Positions 36,797-47,439 of a DNA stretch of 64,000 nt are shown in pieces. The translations under genes were made by a program, and so were the position numbers. How positions within the stretch are numbered: position 1 is the stretch's first letter; every line of letters starts with the position of its first letter. The stretch is from contig OZ220706.1 in the NCBI GenBank assembly GCA_965116695.1, positions 770,415 through 834,414 on the forward strand, given 5' to 3'. The stretch is from Acidobacteriota bacterium. Its GTDB lineage: Bacteria; Acidobacteriota; UBA6911; RPQK01; JAJDTT01. The notes under the pieces are model-generated. The model had not been told where the DNA came from. It did no database searches and saw nothing but the letters and a program-made list of their open reading frames with translations.

Positions 36797-37650
36797 TGGC
36801 AGACCACCGCTATTCCCGACTCGTCTGCGCCCCGGACGAACTGGCCGCGGTCCAGGATCAGGGTTCGCCCGGAATCGATGGAGAGGGCCGAGACGTGACA
36901 CTCTCTCAAGACCTTCAGTGTCTCCGATCCGATGACGGGAACGTCGAATCTCATTTCATTGCGGGCACGCCCGGCCTTGACCACTGTGAGACGGCTCCCT
37001 GCAACCAGTTCAGCCGCTCTCCGAATGGTCGCATCCGTCCCCTCCATGGCCTCCACCGCCACCACGGCCCGATCCTTGACGACCACGGTCTGACCCAGGT
37101 CGAGCCTGGACAACTCCCTGGCCACCTCCCGGCCATATTCCATGTCCCGCTTTTCCCGGTCGTTGGGCTTGCGGCGGGTCAGCACCCCCGGATCCGGAAT
37201 GAGGCCGGCCAGCAGCCACGTGGAGTCCAGGATCTCGATCCCCTCGTCCCGCAGGACTTGGATGACGCCCTCGATCAACGACCGCGTATTGCGCCGCCGC
37301 AGGGAGGCCAGCATGCGCAACATCCTGCCATCGGGCAACGCGGACAGGATTCCCGCCGGCGTCCGAAAGCCGGATGCGAATATCCGGACATGTTTCACCT
37401 GGCCGGCCATGACGGCGTGCCGAATGCCCTGGCGCTTGAACACGCGGATCAACTTCCCCAACTGGCCCAATCCGATCCAGTGAAACGACGATCCGTTGGC
37501 GAGTTGGCCCGTTTCCATCTCCAACCGGGGATCCGCTTCTTCCCGAATGGCCGCCACCACCACCGGCAACCGCCGATTCCGGGCTTCGTCCAGCACCAGG
37601 AACGGGAACCGTCCGTTCCCCGCGATCAGTCCGAGATTTTTCAGTTCCAA
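36793..37650 (-). CDS. lpxI: UDP-2,3-diacylglucosamine hydrolase LpxI (DUF1009 family)
   Basis: N-terminal LGLIAGNGRFP block typical of LpxI. Located between lpxA and downstream genes, as in alphaproteobacterial lipid A clusters. Confidence 0.7.
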   Translation of the reverse strand: MELKNLGLIAGNGRFPFLVLDEARNRRLPVVVAAIREEADPRLEMETGQLANGSSFHWIGLGQLGKLIRVFKRQGIRHAVMAGQVKHVRIFASGFRTPAGILSALPDGRMLRMLASLRRRNTRSLIEGVIQVLRDEGIEILDSTWLLAGLIPDPGVLTRRKPNDREKRDMEYGREVARELSRLDLGQTVVVKDRAVVAVEAMEGTDATIRRAAELVAGSRLTVVKAGRARNEMRFDVPVIGSETLKVLRECHVSALSIDSGRTLILDRGQFVRGADESGIAVVCQ

Positions 37651-37751
37651 CGATGACCCTCCCCGTTCCCAAGGAGCGCGCGAGGAGAAACCCGAGCAGG
37701 TTTCTCACAATCCATCCTGCGACCGCTTCCGTCGCACCCGGTCAAGGGCGG

Positions 37752-38549
37752 CTAACGCACGAAACCCCGCGTCGAGGCCTCCAGGAACTGCAGCAGTGTT
37801 TCGACGTCGGGCGTCTCCAACTCCTCCTGCCGGATGCCTTCGCGAGCGTCGGGCAGGGTGAGACCCTTTCGAAAGATCCACCGGTAGGCTCTTCTCAGGG
37901 AAAGAATCCGTTCCTCCGAGAATCCTTTGCGGGAGAGGCCGATACCGTTGATCCCGTAGGTCCGGGCCTGATTGCGATGTCCCACGACCTTGATGAAAGG
38001 CGGCGCGTTCCGGGTGATCACGGAGTAGCCGCCGATGAAGGCGTGCTGCCCCACCCGGCAAAACTGGTGAACCCCGGTGAACGCACCGACCGTTGCCCCG
38101 TTCTCGATCTCCACATGGCCCGCCAACGTTGCCGCGTTGGCAAGAATGCCGTCGTCCCCCAGGTGGCAATCGTGCGCCACATGCACTCCCGTCATGAACA
38201 GGTTGCGGCTCCCGATGGTGGTCTTGCCTCCACCCTGCGCCGTGCCCCGGTTGATGGTGACGAACTCGCGGATGATGTTGTCGTCTCCCATCTGCAGCGA
38301 GGTCTTCTCTCCCCCGTACTTCAGATCCTGGGGATCGGTCCCGACGGCGGATTGCCCCACGATTCGATTCCGCTTGCCCAAGCAGGCGGGGCCCTTCAGG
38401 ACGGTGTGGGGACCGACCGAGGTCTCGTCGCCGATGACGACGCCGTCTCCGACGACGGCGAAGGGACCGACGGTCACTCCACGCCCCAGTTCAGCGCCGG
38501 AGGACACCTGTGCCGTGGGATGGATCCGGGCGGTATCGGCGGCGGGCAT
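37752..38549 (-). CDS. lpxA: Acyl-ACP--UDP-N-acetylglucosamine O-acyltransferase
   Basis: Start at internal ATG (MPAADTARIHPTAQV). Left-handed beta-helix hexapeptide repeats. C-terminal GINGIGLSRKGFSEE...LRRAYRWIF helical domain, diagnostic of LpxA. Confidence 0.85.
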   Translation of the reverse strand: MPAADTARIHPTAQVSSGAELGRGVTVGPFAVVGDGVVIGDETSVGPHTVLKGPACLGKRNRIVGQSAVGTDPQDLKYGGEKTSLQMGDDNIIREFVTINRGTAQGGGKTTIGSRNLFMTGVHVAHDCHLGDDGILANAATLAGHVEIENGATVGAFTGVHQFCRVGQHAFIGGYSVITRNAPPFIKVVGHRNQARTYGINGIGLSRKGFSEERILSLRRAYRWIFRKGLTLPDAREGIRQEELETPDVETLLQFLEASTRGFVR

Positions 38550-38559
38550 GGCGTCGACC

Positions 38560-39033
38560 TCAGCCGGAAACGACCGAGGCGCGGTCCACCAGGGAGAACA
38601 GGATCTCCGCTTCCGCCGCACGCTGGTCTCCGACAAAAGCCCGGCCCCGCAGCTTGCCCGCCCGGCCCCTGACCCGGACGACCTCCATTTCGAGCCTGAG
38701 CTGATCTCCCGGCCTGACCGGGCGGCGAAACCGGGCCTTCTCGATACCCATGAGAAAAACCAGCTTCGTTTCCCGATTCGGGAGGGATTTGAACACCAGA
38801 AAGCCACCGGCTTGCGCCATGGATTCGATGATCAGGACTCCCGGCATGATGGGCGCTCCGGAGAAGTGACCCTGAAAGAACGGTTCGTTGAAGGTGACGT
38901 TCTTGATGGCCACGATCCGTTCGCCCTCGTGGAACTCGACGACCCGGTCCACCAGGAGCATGGGATAGCGATGAGGGAGGAGATCCATGATCTCCTGGAT
39001 GTCGAACATGCCGGTTTCCTGCCCTTCTTTCAA
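38560..39033 (-). CDS. fabZ: 3-hydroxyacyl-ACP dehydratase
   Basis: Hotdog fold. Motifs LPHRYPMLLVDRV and EPFFQGHFSGAPIMPGVL. Confidence 0.9.
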   Translation of the reverse strand: MKEGQETGMFDIQEIMDLLPHRYPMLLVDRVVEFHEGERIVAIKNVTFNEPFFQGHFSGAPIMPGVLIIESMAQAGGFLVFKSLPNRETKLVFLMGIEKARFRRPVRPGDQLRLEMEVVRVRGRAGKLRGRAFVGDQRAAEAEILFSLVDRASVVSG

Positions 39034-39229
39034 GAGCAGTATCTTACCAGCCCGTGGTAAAAGTCGTCACGGCATTCGACCGTCCCTGCACAGGCGCGCA
39101 CGGCGTTGCTATGGGCTCACATACTTCCGGTATGCGCGCCGAATCGCGCCTTGTCCGGCGGGCGCAGGAACGGTCTTGGTGCTCGCGGGACTTTCACCGC
39201 GGACTGGCACCCGCCACCGGAAAGGGGTT

Positions 39230-40243
39230 TCAAGACTCGGTGCGCCCCTTCCTCCAGGAACGCCATTCCTTCATGAGTTGGGGGAGCCGCCGCGTCAGGG
39301 CCTGAATCTTCACCGTCGTCCGGTGGTCCCTGGCCGGCTGGCCGGACACGGTCATCCCGTCCGGGATGTCCTTGGTCACCGCCGTCTTGGCCAGAACCTT
39401 GACGCCGTCGCCGATCCGGACGTGGTCCACGACCCCCGAATGTCCCGCCAGAATGCAGTTGCGGCCGATGGTGACACTGCCTGAGACACCCACCTGGCCC
39501 ACGATGACCGTGTTCTCGCCGACGGTGCAGTTGTGCCCGATGTGGACGTGATCGTCCAACTTGACGCCTCGGCAAATGGTGGTCTGACCGAAGGTGGCCC
39601 GATCCACGCAACTGTTGGCGCCGATCTCCACGTCGTCCTCGATCACGACGGTTCCCTGCTGGGGAATCTTGACCTGACGTTCCCCGTCGAAAACATAGCC
39701 GAAGCCATCGGCTCCGATCACGGTTCCGCCGTGCAGGATCACGCGCGCGCCGATGCGAATCCCATCGTAGATGGTCACATTCGGGTGCAGCACACTGCCC
39801 GGACCGATGGAGCAGCCGTTCCCGACGTGAACTCCGGGATGGAGGGTCACCTCTTCGCCCAGAGTGACACCGTCCCCGACGTGGACATGGGGATAGATGG
39901 ACACCCTTTCGGGGATGGAGCAGGCCCGGCCCACGGTGGCGCCGGGAGATACGCCGGCGGGTACAAAGGGCGCCCGGTGGATGAATTGCAGAAGCCGTGC
40001 GAAGGCCAGCTTCGGGTTGTCGACCCGGAGCAGCGGACGGTCGTGAAACGGCACCGTCCTGGAAACGATGACGGCCGACGCGCCGGTCTCGGGAATCCGC
40101 TCCTCGTACCGTTTCCGGGCCGCCAGGGTCAGATCCCCCGGACCAGCCGTCTCGAAGGGTCTCAAGCGCCTGATGGGAGTGTCCGGGTCTCCCGCGACCT
40201 CTCCACCCACGTGTTCCGCCAACCGTCGCAGACGATAGAGCAA
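39230..40243 (-). CDS. lpxD: UDP-3-O-acylglucosamine N-acyltransferase
   Basis: 337 aa. N-terminal LpxD uridine-binding domain plus hexapeptide-repeat beta-helix. Confidence 0.9.
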   Translation of the reverse strand: MLYRLRRLAEHVGGEVAGDPDTPIRRLRPFETAGPGDLTLAARKRYEERIPETGASAVIVSRTVPFHDRPLLRVDNPKLAFARLLQFIHRAPFVPAGVSPGATVGRACSIPERVSIYPHVHVGDGVTLGEEVTLHPGVHVGNGCSIGPGSVLHPNVTIYDGIRIGARVILHGGTVIGADGFGYVFDGERQVKIPQQGTVVIEDDVEIGANSCVDRATFGQTTICRGVKLDDHVHIGHNCTVGENTVIVGQVGVSGSVTIGRNCILAGHSGVVDHVRIGDGVKVLAKTAVTKDIPDGMTVSGQPARDHRTTVKIQALTRRLPQLMKEWRSWRKGRTES

Positions 40244-40376
40244 GGTCGTTCCCTTACGGGCATCGACGCGCCTGCGGCGACCCTATCGCCGGGCGCATCA
40301 TCGGACTCGGAGGGAAGCAGGACTCAGACCGGCAATCCGGCCTCTATCCTGCCGCGGCGGGATTCCCGGTCGGGCG

Positions 40377-40961
40377 CTACGGCTGCGCCGGAGCGGACGA
40401 AGCCTGGGCGGAAGCCACCGGATGACGTTGATTGTAGATGGCGACGAGTTCCTTGGTGATGTCCAAGGAGGGATCTACATAGCTCTGGCTCTCATTGCGC
40501 AGGAAGATGACCGAATAACCGTTCTGCTGAGCGTACTCGTTGATGATGGTCTGAATCTTGGTACCAATCTGTTCCAGCATCTGACGGTTTCTGGACTCGG
40601 ACTCCAACTGGCTGTCTTCCTGCTTCCGGCGCAGCCTCCGGTCCCGGTCCTCGATGGTCCTCATCATTTCGGTTCGGGTATCCGGATTCAGCGTCCGTTC
40701 CTGGGCGGCAAACTGTTCGCGCAACCGATCCAATTCGGTCTTGTCCTGCTGCAGTTCCGTTTGTCTGGACTCGGCCCACTGCTGAAACTCTGCCAGTTTT
40801 TGCCTGCCCTCGTCGGTCCCTTGCAGCACTTCAACCGAATTGACAAATCCAAACTTGAGACCGGCGCCGGTCAGACCCTGTGACAGGCCCCAGGGCATCG
40901 CGACCGCCAAGCCGGCAAGGCCGGCAAACAAGACAATACTGGTTCGAATCCTCGTGAACAT
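40377..40961 (-). CDS. skp: OmpH/Skp family periplasmic chaperone
   Basis: Signal peptide plus coiled-coil rich in Q/E/R. Position between bamA and lpxD. Start possibly 40973. Confidence 0.8.
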   Translation of the reverse strand: MFTRIRTSIVLFAGLAGLAVAMPWGLSQGLTGAGLKFGFVNSVEVLQGTDEGRQKLAEFQQWAESRQTELQQDKTELDRLREQFAAQERTLNPDTRTEMMRTIEDRDRRLRRKQEDSQLESESRNRQMLEQIGTKIQTIINEYAQQNGYSVIFLRNESQSYVDPSLDITKELVAIYNQRHPVASAQASSAPAQP

Positions 40962-40979
40962 GATCCCCCCCACTTCTTG

Positions 40980-43628
40980 CTAGAAGGTATATCCTACCGT
41001 AAATCGGATGTTCCTGCGACGTTCCTGCATCGGATAGCGGATGCCGTTCACCGTTACCGTGGTATCCATGACCATGGGATTGTAGGCGAATATGAGGCGA
41101 AACGGCTGGTTGAGCATAGGCATGACGAACTGAAACTCCATCCCCGTCGACAACCGCCAAACGTCGTTGGTGTTCTCCAGCAGGTCAATGGCCGTGTTCG
41201 GCCCGAATAGAACCAACTTGTTCCTGTTCAGCACCGTGTTGATCCCGAAATCAGCGAATGCGGCCAAATGGATGGGACCGGCCACGGGAATTCGATACTC
41301 GGCCGTGAGGAGCAACGACGTGTCGCCACCGGCCGGAACCAGGTTCTCGCTCAGCGCCGGAAGTCCCGTACTTTTGTCGATGATGGGATTGCCCGACTCG
41401 TCCCTCAGAGGCGAACGGGTCTTGGCCCAGGGCGTCACCGACCTCAGGTCGAAGCCACGGAAGTCGAACTCCCCGCCCCGGTAGATCCGCTCGAAAAAGG
41501 GCACCGTCATGGGCCCGCCATTGGGCAACTCTCCGTACGGATACAGGTGCAGGATCTGGGCCCGGAAACCAATACTGTTGCGGCCTCCGCTCAACCAGCG
41601 GTCTTCCATGAATTTCTGATACTCGATGATGGGAGAGATGACGTTGTAAGTCCCCCCCAAGGGACCGCCGGCAAAGGGAACCTGAAGCCGCAGCATGGTT
41701 CCCCGGGTGGCGCCGAAAAATGCGTTCTTGCTGTTGTAGGTCCAACTGGGCGTGATCTCGCTCCGGATGATGCCTTCCTGCGCATCTTCCCGGCTGCCTC
41801 CGGGAGTGAATCCGGTCAACTGGCTCAGGGCGAAATCGCTGAAGTTGTCCGCCACGTCGGTGATGCTGATCCTTTGGAGCTGGTACGACAGTCCTATTCG
41901 CACCCACCGCCAGAGAGGATAGGCGGTCTGCACGCTGAACCCGGTGCTGTTGCGGGTAAAGAGGTTGACGTTGTTCTCCGGCAGGAACAGGCCCCAGAAC
42001 GCCGTGAAGGTGTCGTAGCGGAAGCGCTGGCTGAAGACGGAGAAACCCAGGGACAGGCGGGTGTCCAGAAAATAGGGCTCCTGGAAGGAGAAATTGTACT
42101 GCTGGGTTCGAGTTCCGGTGACCGCCTGGACGTAGATCTGCTGGCCCAATCCCCGAAAGTTGTTGGTCGAATAACTGATCCCGATGAACTTGCCGCTGAT
42201 GCCGCTCACGCCCCCGGTCAGGCCGATGGACTGCTGACTCTGCTCCTTGACCGTGACCAGGACGTCCACCTCGGCCAGGTCCGGACGCTTGACGACCTCG
42301 TAATGCTCCTCCTCGATCTTGTCGAAGAACCCCAACTGATTGAGACGAATGACCGAGATGTCCAACAGGTCGCCGTTGAACTGACGCTGCTCCTCCAGCA
42401 GAAACTCGCGCCGGAGAACCTTGTCCCGGGTCTTGGTATTTCCCAGGAAGTTGATCCGCTTCACCAGGTACTGCTTTCCCTCCTCGATGCGGATCGCGAC
42501 GTTCATGACATTTTCGTTTTCGGCCTTGTCGATTTCGGGAATCGCCTCCATGTCCAGGTAGCCGTACCGGGCGTAGAGCTTTTTCAGGTCCTCATTGGCC
42601 TTCTGCAGTTGGACCCAATTGAAGATTTTGCCCTTCTCGATGTTGTAGGCGCGGGTCAGGACCTCGGAGTCGAAGTTCTTGATGCCCTCCAGCTTGAACT
42701 CGCCGAACCGGAACTGAGGGCCTTCGTCGATGGGCACGGTGATGAAGTACTGTTGCTTGGTCTTGCGGAAGCCGAACAGAATGCCCCTTCCGGCTTCTAC
42801 GATCTCCACCTTGGGCTCTCCGAGCCGGGCCTCCATGTACCCCCGCTCCCGGTACTTGTCCATCATGTTGACGTGGAGGTCGTGCTCCACCTTCTCCTTG
42901 ATGTACTTGTCGAGACCCTTGAAAAGGGTGATGGGCCCCCGCTCCTTGGTCAGCTCCAGGCCTCCGCGCAATTCCTTGTCGGAAAAGACGGTGTTGCCCT
43001 CGAACTGAATCTTGCCGATCCTCACCTTGGGGCCCTCGTCGATGTTGAAGACCACCTTGACGGCCGAGGAGGTGATCGGCTCGACGGTGACCTCGACCCG
43101 GCCCAGCGGGCGCCCGTTGGTGTCCAGCAAGGTCCGCAGGGCCCGCCGCGCCTTGGGCAGCTTGGCGCCGTCGAAGGGGTTGTCGACGGTCATGCCCACC
43201 TTGAGCTCCCGGAACTGCTCCAGCACGTCCGATTCCTTGAAGGACTTCATCCCCTTGTATTCGATGGTCCGAATCAGGGGGCGTTCCTTGACCGTGAACA
43301 GGACGATGGTTCCCGTCTCTCCCTCCAGCGTATGCACCTTGGCATCGACGAAGAAGTTGGTGTTGAGGAGACTCCGGTAATCGCGGTGGACCTGCCCTTC
43401 GTTGTAGACGTCCCCCTCCCGGCTCTGGATGTAGAAACGAATGGTGTCCTCGCTGATGCGCCGGTTCCCGATGATGCGCACTTCCTCCAGGCGGCCGGCG
43501 GACTGGCGCGCCTGAGCGTCGAGGAGGCCGGAGCCTCCCCAGAAAAGCGCCATCAGCAGAAGCAGGCTCCGGGAGACCCGGGCGGCGTTCAGCCTGTGAG
43601 CGGCACGATACGGTTTACCCATCATCAA
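40980..43628 (-). CDS. bamA: Outer membrane protein assembly factor BamA (POTRA domains + Omp85 beta-barrel)
   Basis: 882 aa. Signal peptide. Repeated POTRA-like modules. C-terminal 16-strand barrel ending ...RFTVGYTF. Confidence 0.9.
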   Translation of the reverse strand: MMMGKPYRAAHRLNAARVSRSLLLLMALFWGGSGLLDAQARQSAGRLEEVRIIGNRRISEDTIRFYIQSREGDVYNEGQVHRDYRSLLNTNFFVDAKVHTLEGETGTIVLFTVKERPLIRTIEYKGMKSFKESDVLEQFRELKVGMTVDNPFDGAKLPKARRALRTLLDTNGRPLGRVEVTVEPITSSAVKVVFNIDEGPKVRIGKIQFEGNTVFSDKELRGGLELTKERGPITLFKGLDKYIKEKVEHDLHVNMMDKYRERGYMEARLGEPKVEIVEAGRGILFGFRKTKQQYFITVPIDEGPQFRFGEFKLEGIKNFDSEVLTRAYNIEKGKIFNWVQLQKANEDLKKLYARYGYLDMEAIPEIDKAENENVMNVAIRIEEGKQYLVKRINFLGNTKTRDKVLRREFLLEEQRQFNGDLLDISVIRLNQLGFFDKIEEEHYEVVKRPDLAEVDVLVTVKEQSQQSIGLTGGVSGISGKFIGISYSTNNFRGLGQQIYVQAVTGTRTQQYNFSFQEPYFLDTRLSLGFSVFSQRFRYDTFTAFWGLFLPENNVNLFTRNSTGFSVQTAYPLWRWVRIGLSYQLQRISITDVADNFSDFALSQLTGFTPGGSREDAQEGIIRSEITPSWTYNSKNAFFGATRGTMLRLQVPFAGGPLGGTYNVISPIIEYQKFMEDRWLSGGRNSIGFRAQILHLYPYGELPNGGPMTVPFFERIYRGGEFDFRGFDLRSVTPWAKTRSPLRDESGNPIIDKSTGLPALSENLVPAGGDTSLLLTAEYRIPVAGPIHLAAFADFGINTVLNRNKLVLFGPNTAIDLLENTNDVWRLSTGMEFQFVMPMLNQPFRLIFAYNPMVMDTTVTVNGIRYPMQERRRNIRFTVGYTF

Positions 43629-43875
43629 GATTCTATCCAGATGCCCTCCGGCAGAACAATTCTGGCTCGACGAAGCAACCCGGCCTCTGACCTGGACTGG
43701 AAGACTGGTGAATCAACAGCCCGCAGCATAAGTCTTCGTGACATCCGGCCAGAGTCGACTCCCGGCCGAAGATGTTGCTCCTCGGTCACATACTCCCCGT
43801 ATGCTTCCTCGTCACGCCTTTCCCGGCGAACCGTTCGCCGCTTCAGGTCCTCCGCAGGACTTACACCCCGGGCCG

Positions 43876-46317
43876 TTACGCGATCCCGAATGACAGGGGA
43901 ACGCCTGCACTCTTGGATCCCTTGGCCCGATAGTACAATGCTCCATCCTTGATAAAGATGGAGAGAGTTTCCTTTTCTTTCAATTTCCCCTGAATAATCA
44001 ACTCCGAGACCGGATCTTCAATATGTTTCTGGATGGCCCGCCTCAGGGGACGGGCGCCATAGGAACGGTCCCGGCAAGTCTTGTTGATGATCCATTTCTT
44101 CGCGCTCTTGCCCAACGATATCCGGATCTGCTTCTGGGAGAGGTTCTCGTTGCCCTTTTCGATGAGCAGGTCGACGATCTTTCCCAGGTCCTCTTCGGTG
44201 AGGGAATCGAACAGGATGAGGTCGTCCACCCGATTCAGGAACTCGGGATTGAAGACCCGCTTCACCTCTTCCATGATGACCTCTTCCACCTTATCCCTTC
44301 CCTGGTCCGTTCCGCTGGCAAACCCCATCTGGGGTTTGTTCATCAGGTACCGGGCTCCGATGTTGGAGGTCATGATGATGATGCTGTTCTTGAAGTCGAC
44401 CGTGTTCCCGTGGGAGTCGGTCAACTGGCCGTCCTCGAAGACCTGCAGCAACAAGTTGAAGATGTCGAAGTGGGCTTTTTCGACTTCATCGAGAAGGACC
44501 ACGCAATAGGGATTGCGCCGGACCCGTTCCGTCAACTGACCACCCTCTTCGTGCCCCACGTATCCGGGCGGCGAACCGATGAGCTTTGAGATCGAGTGTT
44601 TCTCCATGTACTCGGACATGTCGAATCGGATCAGGGACTTCTCGCTTCCGAACAGGAACTCGGCCAACGACTTGGCCAACTCGGTCTTGCCCACTCCCGT
44701 GGGCCCCAGGAACAGGAACGATCCCACGGGCCGGTTGGGATGCTTCATCCCGGCCCGGCTCCGGCGAATGGCGCGGGCGAGCGCGGAGACCGCCGTGTCC
44801 TGGCTGATGACGCGGCGGTGCAGGTCGGTCTCCATGCGCAGCAGCTTCTGCGTCTCTTCCTCGCGCAGGGCGCTCACCGGAATTCCGGTCCAGCGGGAGA
44901 TGACCTCTTCGACATGTTTTCGGGCCACCACCGGGGTCACGCGATTCTTGAGCTTCCAGCGATCCTTGACGATCTTCAGGTTCTCGCGCTCCACCACCTC
45001 CCGGTCCTTGAGCTGGGCCGCCCGGTCGAATTCCTTGGCGGAAATGGCGTCGTCCACTTCCCGGACGGTCACCCGGATCTTCTGTTGGAGAACCGTCACC
45101 TCGTCGGGAAACGAGGTGTAGTTGAGCTTCACCCGGGCTCCGGCCTCATCCAGGACGTCGATGGCCTTGTCCGGCAGAAATCGATCGGGAATATAGCGAT
45201 TGGAATGGCTGACCGCAGCCTTGATGGAATCGTCGTCGTACTTGACCCGGTGGAAGCTCTCGTAACGTTCCTTGATGCCGTGGATGATCCGGATCGTCTC
45301 TTCTTCGTTTGTCGCCGCCACCTTGACCGACTGGAACCGGCGTTCCAATGCCCGGTCCTTCTCGATGAAACGGCGGTATTCGTATGGGGTCGTCGCCCCC
45401 ACGCACTGGAGGTCCCCGCGTGACAGGGCCGGTTTCAGGATATTGGCCGCGTCCAGGGAGCCCTCCGCCGACCCGGCGCCCACCAGCGTGTGCAGTTCGT
45501 CGACGAAGATCACGAACTGAGGGTTCTCGATGATCTCCTTCATGATGGACTTCAGCCGTTCCTCGAACTGCCCCCGGTACTTGGTGCCGGCCACGATCAG
45601 GGAGATGTCCAGAGCCAGGATTCGTTTGTCCAGGAGCATGGCGGGAGCGTCGCCGTTGACGATTCTCTGGGCCAGGCCCTCCACGATCGCCGTCTTGCCC
45701 ACTCCCGGCTCACCGATCAGAGCCGGATTGTTCTTGGTCCGGCGGCAGAGAATCTGGGTGACGCGCTCGATCTCCGCCTCACGGCCGATGAGGGGGTCCA
45801 ATTCGCCGCGCATGGCCGCTTCGGTCAGATCCCGGCTGAACTCGGTCAGGATCAGCGACTCCTTCACCTTGTGCGGGGTCGGACGTCCCGGATTTCCGGA
45901 GAGCTCATCCCGAACCCGCGCCAGGTGCAGCCCTTTTTCGCTCAGGATAGCGGAGGCCGCCGACTTCTCTTCCCGGAGCAGGCCCAGCAGAATGTGCTCG
46001 GTCCCGATATAGCTGCAAAGCAGGCGTTCCGCCTCCTCGGCGGCAAACGTGAGCACTCGCTTCGACTCATCGCTGAGAGGGAGTTCGACCGAAGTCGAAA
46101 CCTTCTCCCGAACCCCCGAACGCCCCTCGATTTCCTTGCGAATCGCCTCCAGCGTGGCTTCGCTCCTGCGGAAGAAGCGGCTGGTGAGCCCCTTGTCCTC
46201 CCGGAGCAGTCCCAGCAGGATATGTTCCGTTTCGATGGAACGGGAACCGAGCTGGCTGGCCTCGTACCGGGCAAAGAAAATGACCCGCCTCGCCTTTTCC
46301 GTGTACTTCTCAAACAT
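43876..46317 (-). CDS. clpC: ATP-dependent Clp protease ATP-binding subunit ClpC (two AAA+ modules, Clp_N repeats, UVR-like linker)
   Basis: 813 aa. Double Clp_N repeats ([11 protein letters not shown] twice). Walker A GEPGVGKT and GPTGVGKT. ClpB/ClpC signature regions. Confidence 0.9.
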   Translation of the reverse strand: MFEKYTEKARRVIFFARYEASQLGSRSIETEHILLGLLREDKGLTSRFFRRSEATLEAIRKEIEGRSGVREKVSTSVELPLSDESKRVLTFAAEEAERLLCSYIGTEHILLGLLREEKSAASAILSEKGLHLARVRDELSGNPGRPTPHKVKESLILTEFSRDLTEAAMRGELDPLIGREAEIERVTQILCRRTKNNPALIGEPGVGKTAIVEGLAQRIVNGDAPAMLLDKRILALDISLIVAGTKYRGQFEERLKSIMKEIIENPQFVIFVDELHTLVGAGSAEGSLDAANILKPALSRGDLQCVGATTPYEYRRFIEKDRALERRFQSVKVAATNEEETIRIIHGIKERYESFHRVKYDDDSIKAAVSHSNRYIPDRFLPDKAIDVLDEAGARVKLNYTSFPDEVTVLQQKIRVTVREVDDAISAKEFDRAAQLKDREVVERENLKIVKDRWKLKNRVTPVVARKHVEEVISRWTGIPVSALREEETQKLLRMETDLHRRVISQDTAVSALARAIRRSRAGMKHPNRPVGSFLFLGPTGVGKTELAKSLAEFLFGSEKSLIRFDMSEYMEKHSISKLIGSPPGYVGHEEGGQLTERVRRNPYCVVLLDEVEKAHFDIFNLLLQVFEDGQLTDSHGNTVDFKNSIIIMTSNIGARYLMNKPQMGFASGTDQGRDKVEEVIMEEVKRVFNPEFLNRVDDLILFDSLTEEDLGKIVDLLIEKGNENLSQKQIRISLGKSAKKWIINKTCRDRSYGARPLRRAIQKHIEDPVSELIIQGKLKEKETLSIFIKDGALYYRAKGSKSAGVPLSFGIA

Positions 46318-46643
46318 GAGGCGATTTCCGCCTAATATTTAGCAAACCGAAAATGCTCGGGCAAACGGCTTGCCGAACCCGTCGATTATACACACGCGTT
46401 GTGAACAAGCGGAGAAACGGAGTCGGCAAAACCACTCCGGGATCACGCCCGCTGACGATTGGATTCCCGGAAACAGGCGAAACCGTGGACCTAGCCCGCA
46501 TTTCTCACCAGGCCGCTTTGCGTATGATGAAAAAGAGTGTGTGTTTGCGCAATTGCGAGATTGTTGCCAAGTTATCTCCGGGACACACTGCGCTGGGCGC
46601 GCGCTCGCTGGTCTTTTCACCCTCAGCACGCACATGCTCCCTC

Positions 46644-46666
46644 AAACGTAGTCACCACTACGTTTT
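46644..46666 (+). terminator. Plus-strand intrinsic-terminator-like hairpin (AAACGTAGT-cacc-ACTACGTTTT) inside the clpC-lolD intergenic region
   Basis: Perfect 8-bp stem, 4-nt loop, followed by TTTT. Both flanking genes are on the minus strand, so it would terminate an unannotated plus-strand transcript. Confidence 0.3.
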
Positions 46667-46767
46667 CAGTCGCGAGCACGCGGGGATGATGAAGAGTCGG
46701 CGGCTAAAAGCCGCCGCTCCGGCGAAAATCCTGCGCGATCGTCACGCCCCCTGGTGAGATATGCGGG

Positions 46768-47439
46768 CTAGACGAGTTTCCCCTGAACGACCTCCTTGCG
46801 GACCCCGCAAAGATCCGCCAGGGAGGCATTGTGGGTCGCGATGAGTGAAGTGAGCCGGTGGCTTCGATGCACCTGATCCAGCAGTTCGTAGATTCGCTCG
46901 GAGGTCGCCGGATCCAGATTGCCCGTGGGTTCGTCGGCCAACAGCAGCCGGGGCTCGCCCGCCAGGGCGCGCGCGATTGCGACTCGCTGCTGCTCTCCGC
47001 CGGAGAGCTCGCCCGGCCGGTGGTGCATCCGGTCCCCCAATCCCACCTCTTCCAGGAGGTTTTCAGCCCGCTCGGAGGCTTCCTGATGGGAGGTCCCCCG
47101 GAGCAGCAGGGGAAACATTGCGTTCTCCCGGGCGTTGAACTCGGGCAGAAGATAGTGGAACTGAAACACGAATCCCACGGTCCGGTTCCGGTACGCGGCC
47201 AGCTCCCTCCCCTGCAATCCGGTGATCTCAAGATCCCGGAAGCGAATGCTCCCCGAATCCGGTCTCTCCATTCCCCCCACCAGGTGCAGGAAGGTGCTTT
47301 TTCCCGAGCCGCTGGCCCCCGTGATGGCCACCATTTGCCCCGGCCGAACAGACAGGTTCAGATCCACCAGAATGCGCAGCCGCTCCCGCCCCGAACGATA
47401 GGACTTGGACAGTCCGCGAATCTCGAGAAGCTCACTCAT
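46768..47439 (-). CDS. lolD: Lipoprotein-releasing system ATP-binding protein (ABC ATPase)
   Basis: Start at internal ATG ([14 protein letters not shown]). Walker [13 protein letters not shown] signature [15 protein letters not shown]. 8-nt overlap with the upstream permease gene. Confidence 0.85.
   Translation of the reverse strand: MSELLEIRGLSKSYRSGRERLRILVDLNLSVRPGQMVAITGASGSGKSTFLHLVGGMERPDSGSIRFRDLEITGLQGRELAAYRNRTVGFVFQFHYLLPEFNARENAMFPLLLRGTSHQEASERAENLLEEVGLGDRMHHRPGELSGGEQQRVAIARALAGEPRLLLADEPTGNLDPATSERIYELLDQVHRSHRLTSLIATHNASLADLCGVRKEVVQGKLV

Noticed and set aside
41268-43952. 894-aa plus-strand ORF antisense to bamA
   Set aside because: It lies opposite the strongly supported bamA gene. 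The translation is repetitive (VLD.., LL.L..) with no motif. A shadow ORF.
46318-46767. Known structured RNAs (tmRNA, RNase P RNA, SRP RNA) in the clpC-lolD gap
   Set aside because: Hallmark motifs are not visible by eye: the tmRNA 5' GGGGCUGA with tag ORF, the RNase P AGGAAAGUCCGG P4 sequence, and the SRP GGAAGCAGCC helix 8. Only a generic terminator-like hairpin is supported.
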